From: Longivirga aurantiaca
Lineage (GTDB): Bacteria > Actinomycetota > Actinomycetes > S36-B12 > CAIYMF01
Assembly (NCBI RefSeq): GCF_042660085.1
Contig: NZ_JBHSTI010000002.1
Span: 450,001-482,000, forward strand
Reading direction: 5' to 3'
Length of the DNA stretch: 32,000 nt
Shown: positions 26,219-32,000 of the stretch, in pieces
Layout of the letters: each line of letters begins with the position of its first letter
Numbering within the stretch: the stretch's first letter is position 1
The notes under the pieces: generated by a model
Told to the model about the DNA's origin: nothing
What the model saw: only the letters and a program-made list of their open reading frames with translations
The model's database searches: none
Made by a program: the position numbers and the translations under genes

Positions 26219-27913
26219 GTGACCCACCACGCAGACCTCGTCCTGCGCGCTGCACGCGTGCTGACCATGGACGAGCGCAACACTCCCGGCACAGCCGTGG
26301 CGGTGACGGACGGCGTGATCTCCGCGGTCGGCGGTGACGCCGATGTGGCGCCGCTGATCGGGCCCCGGACCCGCGTCCTCGACCTCCCTGGCGCGACGGT
26401 CCTCCCCGGCATCAACGACGCGCACTGCCATGCCCTCGCGTTCGGGCTCGACCGGCCGCCCTTCAACCTCGATCTGTCGTACCCCACCGTTCGGTCGATC
26501 GCCGACGTCGCCGAGGCCGTCCGCGAGGCGGCCCGGTCCCGTCTGCCGGGCGAGTGGATCGTGGGCAGCGGCTGGGACCCGGGTTTCCTCGCCGAGTGCG
26601 TGGCCGAGCCGGGCCGGCTGCCGAGCAGGCACGATCTCGACAGGGTCAGCCCGCAGAACCCCGTGTACCTGCAGGACTTCTCGTACCACACGGCGTGGGT
26701 CAACAGCCGCGCGCTCGGGCTCGCCGGCTACGGCCCCTCGACCGTCGCGCCCACGGGCGCCACGATCGCGCGGGACCCCGACGGGTCGCCGAGCGGCTAC
26801 CTGACCGAGGGCGCCCGCTACGCGATCCGCGACCTGCTGCCGACGCCGACCCACCAGATGAGACGCGACGCGGTGCGTTCGGCGGTCGCGACCATGAACG
26901 CGCTGGGGATCACGAGCCTGACCGAGCCGGGCATCGGGCCGGGCGACGCCGGTGGCGGCATGGCCGAGGGCGGGCTGGAGGTGTATCGCGACCTCGAGGC
27001 GGACGGCCAGCTCGATGCGCGCGTCACCGTGCTGATCCTCGCGGTGAAGATGTCGCGCTCCGTCGAGGAGTTCACCGAGAACCTGAGCACCCTCCAGCTC
27101 CCGGCGTACCGCGATCCGCGGATGGTGAACGTCGTCGGCGTGAAGGTGATGGCCGACGGGATCCCGCCCAACCGGACGTCGTGGATGCACGAGCCCTTCG
27201 TGGGCGGCGGATGCGGAGGGCTCACCGTCGGCGGCGAGTCGGACGAGGAGCGCGAGGAGACGCTGCGCGCGATGATCGTGCACGCCCACTCGCTCGGTTA
27301 CCAGCTGGGCGTGCACATCACCGGCGACCGCGGGATCGACGCCGTGGTGGACGCGTTCGCCGAGGCGGCCCGCCGCCACCCGCGGCCGGACCCTCGCCAC
27401 TACGTCATCCACGGCGACTTCATGACGCCGCACAGCCTGCGGGTGAGCCGCGAGCACGGGTTCGGCGTCAACATGAATCCCACCATCAAGTGGACGATCG
27501 CCGACCTCGAGGAAGAGTTCGTCGGGCCCGAGCGCGCGGCGTACGAGTTCCCCTACCGGACCGCGCTCGATGCCGGCGTCACCGTCACCAGCGGCTCCGA
27601 CGCTCCGGTGACGTTCCCCGACTGGCGGCAGGGCGTCTCGACCATGGTCCTGCGCGAGTCCAAGGCCAGCGGTCGGGTCAGCGGCCCTGACGAGCGCATC
27701 GGCGTCCTCGAGGCTCTGCGCACGTACACCGCAGCTCCGGCCTGGCAGGACTTCGCGGAGAGCTGGAAGGGGTCGCTCGAGGTGGGCAAGGTCGCCGACA
27801 TCTGCGTGGTCGCCGGCGACCTGCTCACGATGGACCCGCACGACATCCCGACGGTGCCCGTCCTGCTGACCCTGCTGGGCGGGCGCGCCGTGCACGACGC
27901 CACCGCCGGCTGA
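26219..27913 (+). CDS. Amidohydrolase family protein (YtcJ-like, amidohydrolase 3)
   Basis: ATVLPGINDAHCHALAFG, WIVGSGWDPGFLAE, QLGVHITGDRGIDAVVDAFAEAARRHPRPDPRHYVIHGDFM, VTVTSGSDAPVTFPDW. Confidence 0.92.
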   Translation: MTHHADLVLRAARVLTMDERNTPGTAVAVTDGVISAVGGDADVAPLIGPRTRVLDLPGATVLPGINDAHCHALAFGLDRPPFNLDLSYPTVRSIADVAEAVREAARSRLPGEWIVGSGWDPGFLAECVAEPGRLPSRHDLDRVSPQNPVYLQDFSYHTAWVNSRALGLAGYGPSTVAPTGATIARDPDGSPSGYLTEGARYAIRDLLPTPTHQMRRDAVRSAVATMNALGITSLTEPGIGPGDAGGGMAEGGLEVYRDLEADGQLDARVTVLILAVKMSRSVEEFTENLSTLQLPAYRDPRMVNVVGVKVMADGIPPNRTSWMHEPFVGGGCGGLTVGGESDEEREETLRAMIVHAHSLGYQLGVHITGDRGIDAVVDAFAEAARRHPRPDPRHYVIHGDFMTPHSLRVSREHGFGVNMNPTIKWTIADLEEEFVGPERAAYEFPYRTALDAGVTVTSGSDAPVTFPDWRQGVSTMVLRESKASGRVSGPDERIGVLEALRTYTAAPAWQDFAESWKGSLEVGKVADICVVAGDLLTMDPHDIPTVPVLLTLLGGRAVHDATAG

Positions 27914-27930
27914 GTTCGCTCCCTCACTGC

Positions 27931-27968
27931 ACGAGAACCCCGCACCGTCGTCGGTGCGGGGCTCTCGT
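27931..27968. terminator. Bidirectional terminator between convergent genes
   Basis: ACGAG-aa-CCCCGCACC-gtcgtc-GGTGCGGGG-ct-CTCGT, 9 bp + 5 bp stems. Confidence 0.75.
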
Positions 27969-27984
27969 CGTGTCGGGGCTGCTC

Positions 27985-28212
27985 TCAGCCGAGCTTGCGG
28001 TGCGCCCGGACCATGTCGGCCTCGTGGACGATCGCCGTCGCGAAGCCGTGGGACAGGCCGTGCTCGTCGCGGAGCCAGTTGACCTTCTCCTCGAACCGGG
28101 AGAACGCAGGCCCGTCCTCGAGCGAGCGCATCCAGTCCTTGACGTCACGGCCGGTCGCGGAGGGGAGGCGCTGGACGAGCTGCTGGTGGGTCTCCTCGGA
28201 GTGACGGATCAT
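27985..28212 (-). CDS. DUF4287 domain-containing protein
   Basis: TGRDVKDWMRSLEDGP...EKVNWLRDEHGLSHGFATAIVHE; RBS aaggag before ATG. Confidence 0.85.
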   Translation of the reverse strand: MIRHSEETHQQLVQRLPSATGRDVKDWMRSLEDGPAFSRFEEKVNWLRDEHGLSHGFATAIVHEADMVRAHRKLG

Positions 28213-28342
28213 GGCGCGTCTCCTTCGCCTCAGGGCTTCGTCTGGGCTTCACCGTAGACCTGGTCACCACCTCCGACGCAAGACTTCCGCGCGATTGGGG
28301 GCGTGGTCCGGGCCACGCCTGGGCCCGGCCTAGGCTCGACGC

Positions 28343-28702
28343 GTGGCGCACCCTGGACCGGGCGGGACCGACCCCGTCGCCGACACCCCTGCGGACCGCT
28401 TCGCCGACCAGCTCGCGCGCACGGTCGACCGGCTGCGCTCGCTCTCCCTCGCCCGGCTCGGGGCTCCGTTCGAGCCCGAGGCGACCCGGGCCGACGCCGC
28501 CCGCGCGACGGCCCAGAGGCTCGCCGACATCGCCGCCGAGCTCGAGGGCGGACCCGCGCGGACGCTGCCCCGGATGGCCGACGCCGCGGTCGGCGACCAG
28601 GTCGCGGTGTGCGGACGGGACGTCCTGGCCGCAGCCTCGGGGGACGCGTCGCTCCTCGCCGGCCTGGCGGACGACCTGCTGGACCTGCGCCGCCGGCTCT
28701 GA
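28343..28702 (+). CDS. Small protein of unknown function
   Basis: 119 aa; TAGGCT-6nt-GTG upstream signature; long frame in syntenic position. Confidence 0.6.
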   Translation: MAHPGPGGTDPVADTPADRFADQLARTVDRLRSLSLARLGAPFEPEATRADAARATAQRLADIAAELEGGPARTLPRMADAAVGDQVAVCGRDVLAAASGDASLLAGLADDLLDLRRRL

Positions 28703-28708
28703 CGCCTG

Positions 28709-29596
28709 TCAGCTGGTCGGGGCCGCCGGCAGGGCGGGGAGGCCGCCGTCCTCCTGGGACAGCAGGCCGACGGCGCGCAGCACCTCGGGCAGCATCGCCT
28801 CGGCGCAGGCCTGGTAGCCGAGGGCCGAGGGGTGGAACCGGTCGGCGGAGAAGTAGATCTCGGGGGCGTGGTCGAACAGCGTCCCGAGCAGCTCGCCGAG
28901 CGGCACCGGGCGTCCGCCCTCCTGCCGGACCACGATCTTCTGGGCGGCGGCGAGCTCGCGGCTCGTGCGCCGCGCGTACCGCCGCAGGAGCGCGCCGAGG
29001 GGCCGGACGGTCCCGAGGTCGGGGCAGGTGCCCACGACGACCTCGGTGCCTGCCTCGCGCAGGCGCCGGACGGCGTCGGCCAGCAGCCGCGCAGAGCGCT
29101 GCGGCCGCACCGAGTGCGTGACGTCGTTCGCGCCGATCATGATCACCGCGACGTGCGGGCGCACCGCGAGGACACGGTCGACCTGGGCGGCGAGGTCGGC
29201 GCTGCGGGCGCCGACGACCGCGACGTTCGTGAGCAGCACGGCCCGCCCCGAGGCGGCGGCGAGATCGCTGGCGAGGGCGCCGCCGGGCGTGGTCGCGGCG
29301 TCGTCGGCACCGAGGCCGGCCGCCCCCGAGTCGCCGAGGACGGCGAAGCGCAGCGAGGTGCCGCGGGCGACCTCCTCGCCGGGCGGCAGGTAGCGGCCGT
29401 CGGCGTACGGCGGGACGGTGGTGCGGGGGCCGATCTCCCTCCGGGCCCGCCGCGCCTGCAGCACGAGCGCACCGATGCCCGCTCCGGCGAGGGCCGTGCC
29501 GACCCCGAGGAGCCCGCCGCCGCCCTTCGCCGCGGCGACCGCGATCCGCCGCACCCGCTCATCGCGGATCGGCAGGGAGGGGACGCCACGGGCCAT
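28709..29596 (-). CDS. SGNH/GDSL hydrolase family protein
   Basis: LRFAVLGDSGAAGLGADD (block I), VAVIMIGANDVTHSV (block III), ADRFHPSALGYQACAEAML (block V); N-terminal TM; true start inside a long spurious antisense extension. Confidence 0.93.
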   Translation of the reverse strand: MARGVPSLPIRDERVRRIAVAAAKGGGGLLGVGTALAGAGIGALVLQARRARREIGPRTTVPPYADGRYLPPGEEVARGTSLRFAVLGDSGAAGLGADDAATTPGGALASDLAAASGRAVLLTNVAVVGARSADLAAQVDRVLAVRPHVAVIMIGANDVTHSVRPQRSARLLADAVRRLREAGTEVVVGTCPDLGTVRPLGALLRRYARRTSRELAAAQKIVVRQEGGRPVPLGELLGTLFDHAPEIYFSADRFHPSALGYQACAEAMLPEVLRAVGLLSQEDGGLPALPAAPTS

Positions 29597-29662
29597 GCAC
29601 CCATGATCGCCCACGGGTCCGACAGGTGGGACCACGTATCGCGTCACAGTTAGGGTCGGCCC

Positions 29663-31036
29663 ATGCAGTACTCCGACAGCGTCGTCGACCTCATCGGCAA
29701 CACGCCCCTCGTGCGGCTCCGCTCCGTCACCGCCCACCTCGGCCCGGACGCGCCCCTGGTGCTGGCCAAGGTGGAGTACCTCAACCCCGGCGGCTCGGTG
29801 AAGGACCGCATCGCGACCCGGATGATCGAGGCCGCCGAGCAGAGCGGCGAGCTCCGCCCCGGCGGGACGATCGTGGAGCCCACCAGCGGCAACACCGGCG
29901 TCGGGCTCGCGCTGGTGGCGCAGACCAAGGGCTACCGGTGCGTGTTCGTGTGCCCCGACAAGGTGAGCCAGGACAAGCAGAACGTGCTCAAGGCGTACGG
30001 CGCGGAGGTCGTCGTCTGCCCGACCGCGGTCGACCCGGAGGACCCGCGCTCCTACTACTCGGTGTCCGACCGGCTCGTGCGCGAGATCCCCGGCGCCTGG
30101 AAGCCCGACCAGTACTCCAACCCGAACAACCCGCGCTCGCACTACGAGACGACCGGCCCCGAGCTCTGGGCGCAGACCGACGGCCGCATCACGCACTTCG
30201 TCGCGGGCGTCGGCACCGGGGGCACCATCAGCGGCACGGGCCGCTACCTCAAGGAGGTCAGCGGGGGCACGGTGAAGGTGATCGGCGCCGACCCCGTCGG
30301 CTCGGTCTACTCCGGCGGCACCGGGCGCCCCTACCTCGTCGAGGGCGTGGGCGAGGACTTCTGGCCCACGGCGTACGACCAGGACGTCTGCGACGAGATC
30401 GTGGCGGTGTCCGACCGTGACTCGTTCCTCGTCACGCGCCGCCTCGCCCGCGAGGAGGGCCTGCTCGTGGGCGGCTCCTGCGGCATGGCGGTGCAGGCCG
30501 CGCTCGAGGTGGCCGAGCGGTCGGGCAAGGACGACGTCATCGTCGTGCTGCTGCCCGACGGCGGCCGCGGCTACCTGTCCAAGGTGTTCAACGACGAGTG
30601 GATGGCCGACTACGGCTTCCTGTCGACCTCGACCGACCGCAGCGTCGGCGACGTCCTGCACTCCAAGAGCGCCGAGCTCCCGCAGCTCGTGCACACGCAC
30701 CCGCAGGAGACTGTGCGCGAGGCCATCGACATCCTGCGCCACTACGCCGTGTCGCAGATGCCGGTCGTTCGCGCCGAGCCGCCGGTCAAGGCCGCCGAGG
30801 TCGTCGGCTCCGTCGTCGAGCGCGACCTGCTCGACGCGCTGTTCGCGGGCCGCGCCGAGCTCGCCGACCCCGTCGAGAAGCACATGAGCGCCTCGCTGCC
30901 GATGATCGGCGCCGGCGAGCCCGTCGCCGCGGCCATCGCTGCGCTGGAGTCGGCGGACGCCGCGATCGTGGTCGAGGACGGCCTCCCCGCGGGTGTCGTC
31001 ACGCGCCAGGACCTGCTCGGCTACCTGTCCCGCTGA
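29663..31036 (+). CDS. cbs: Cystathionine beta-synthase
   Basis: NTPLVRLRSV, YLNPGGSVKDRIATRMIEAAE, EPTSGNTGVGLALVAQTKGY, GVGTGGTISGTGRYLKE, C-terminal paired CBS domains. Confidence 0.93.
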   Translation: MQYSDSVVDLIGNTPLVRLRSVTAHLGPDAPLVLAKVEYLNPGGSVKDRIATRMIEAAEQSGELRPGGTIVEPTSGNTGVGLALVAQTKGYRCVFVCPDKVSQDKQNVLKAYGAEVVVCPTAVDPEDPRSYYSVSDRLVREIPGAWKPDQYSNPNNPRSHYETTGPELWAQTDGRITHFVAGVGTGGTISGTGRYLKEVSGGTVKVIGADPVGSVYSGGTGRPYLVEGVGEDFWPTAYDQDVCDEIVAVSDRDSFLVTRRLAREEGLLVGGSCGMAVQAALEVAERSGKDDVIVVLLPDGGRGYLSKVFNDEWMADYGFLSTSTDRSVGDVLHSKSAELPQLVHTHPQETVREAIDILRHYAVSQMPVVRAEPPVKAAEVVGSVVERDLLDALFAGRAELADPVEKHMSASLPMIGAGEPVAAAIAALESADAAIVVEDGLPAGVVTRQDLLGYLSR

Positions 31037-31044
31037 CCGCGACC

Positions 31045-31079
31045 GACGGCGGCACCGGCGACGCAGCGTCACCGCCGTC
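31045..31079 (+). terminator. Candidate terminator after cbs
   Basis: GACGGCGG (31045-31052) / CCGCCGTC (31072-31079) with internal gacgc/gcgtc. Confidence 0.4.
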
Positions 31080-31258
31080 CGGGCGACCTCGTCGCCGCTG
31101 CCGCCCGGCTGCTCCGAACGGGTGGTCGTCACGCTCGTCCGCGCACGGCGGCGGCGGCGCGCGTCCCCCGGTCCGCCCATCAAGACCGCCTCCACCAGGG
31201 TCGACCCTCCCTCATGACACTCGTGGACGGCACGGGTCGTACTGGGCCGGAGGCCTTG

Positions 31259-32000
31259 ATGGCACTCGAGAGCGGGATGCGGCGCGTCCGCATGGTCGGT
31301 GCTGAGCACTGGACCGAGACACCCGAGCGCGAGCTCCCCACGATCGTTGCGGGCGGCGACACCTACGCCGTGCACGAGCGCATCTGCATCGACTCGGCGC
31401 GCGTGCGCCTGGTGCTCGCCGACGGCGAGGACGTCGCCGCGGCGCTGCGCGAGGTGTACGGCGAAGCCGTGCGCGACTTGCGCGTGTTCCGGCTGGTCGA
31501 GGGCGGCGGCGACGTCGTCGAGGGCCTCCCCGAGTGGCGCCTGACCCTGCCATTGTCCGACGACGCGGCGCACGATCCGCTTCCGGGAATGATCTCCCGG
31601 CTCGCCGGGGTCGTCGCGGAGCCGCAGCCGGTCGCGCAGGAGGACGTCGCGGTCGAGCCCGTCCTCGCGGAGGCGGCCCTCCTCGAGCCGCCCGCCGACG
31701 CCGTCCCGGTGCTCGAGCCCGCCGACGCCGTCCCCACGCTGGAGCCGGAGCCCGAGCAGGAGCCGGCGGCGTTCGACCTCCCCGAGGGCCTGGTCATGCC
31801 GGAGCTCGCCGCTCCGGACGCCGTCGCCGAGGAGGCCGCCCCGGTCGACGTGCCCGACGAGCAGGCCGAGCCGGAGCAGCTGGCCGACGCCGAGCTCCTC
31901 GCCGCTGCCGCTGCCGCGGCCGCAGCTGTGGCCGACGAGCCCGCCGCCCAGGACGAGCCCGTTCCGCACGACGACCCGTTCGCGATGCCGGCCGAGACGG
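31259..32000 (+). CDS. Protein of unknown function, truncated by window end; folded N-terminal part then acidic Pro/Glu/Ala-rich region
   Basis: Hand translation MALESGMRRVRMVGAEHWTETPERELPTIVAGGDTYAVHERICIDSARVRLVLADGEDVAAALREVYGEAVRDLRVFRLVEGGGDVVEG... with no stop to 32000; RBS-like ggagg 6 nt before ATG; in-frame alternative ATG at 31214. Confidence 0.75.
   Translation, partial: MALESGMRRVRMVGAEHWTETPERELPTIVAGGDTYAVHERICIDSARVRLVLADGEDVAAALREVYGEAVRDLRVFRLVEGGGDVVEGLPEWRLTLPLSDDAAHDPLPGMISRLAGVVAEPQPVAQEDVAVEPVLAEAALLEPPADAVPVLEPADAVPTLEPEPEQEPAAFDLPEGLVMPELAAPDAVAEEAAPVDVPDEQAEPEQLADAELLAAAAAAAAAVADEPAAQDEPVPHDDPFAMPAET

Noticed and set aside
26006-27895. 629 aa minus-strand ORF opposite the amidohydrolase
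   Set aside because: Antisense shadow; amidohydrolase motifs are clear on the plus strand.
28709-31969. 1086 aa minus-strand ORF
   Set aside because: Only the C-terminal SGNH hydrolase (start 29596) is supported; the remainder is antisense to cbs and shows shadow-frame composition.

Overview
High-GC, coding-dense chromosomal window with actinobacterial gene content; I see no mobile elements, prophage genes, rRNA or CRISPR. Left to right: 3' part of an MFS transporter fused to a cyclic-nucleotide-binding-like domain; 5-formyl-THF cyclo-ligase (-); a moeA/glp - moaC - mogA/moaB-like - GNAT - glpR/sepX-like cluster; a small secreted protein; tRNA-Ala(CGC) (-) flanked by striking inverted repeats; a membrane protein; an alpha/beta hydrolase; a minus-strand redoxin lipoprotein / CcdA / sulfite-oxidase-fold molybdoenzyme operon next to a two-component system; DUF2236/MpaB-like; eno - septum-formation-initiator - DUF501 - Ppx/GppA - GNAT::NUDIX fusion; glutathione peroxidase; NDH-2; a tandem-ACT protein; peptide deformylase; an odd tRNA with UAA anticodon but a short variable loop; thiolase (-) divergent from a membrane-anchored PemK/MazF-like protein; Bax inhibitor-1 family (-); amidohydrolase; DUF4287 (-); a small unknown protein; SGNH hydrolase (-); cystathionine beta-synthase; and an open-ended ORF (31259..32000) missing from the supplied ORF track. 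I did not find an obvious multi-gene undescribed system. The best leads are: the tRNA(UAA) with type-I architecture; a TANNNT-6nt-start-codon signature before several genes that implies widespread leaderless transcription; the PemK-like membrane protein with a palindromic operator and no visible antitoxin; long inverted repeats downstream of tRNA-Ala; and the truncated acidic Pro/Glu/Ala-rich ORF at the right edge. All family calls come from motif recognition by eye, not from a database search.
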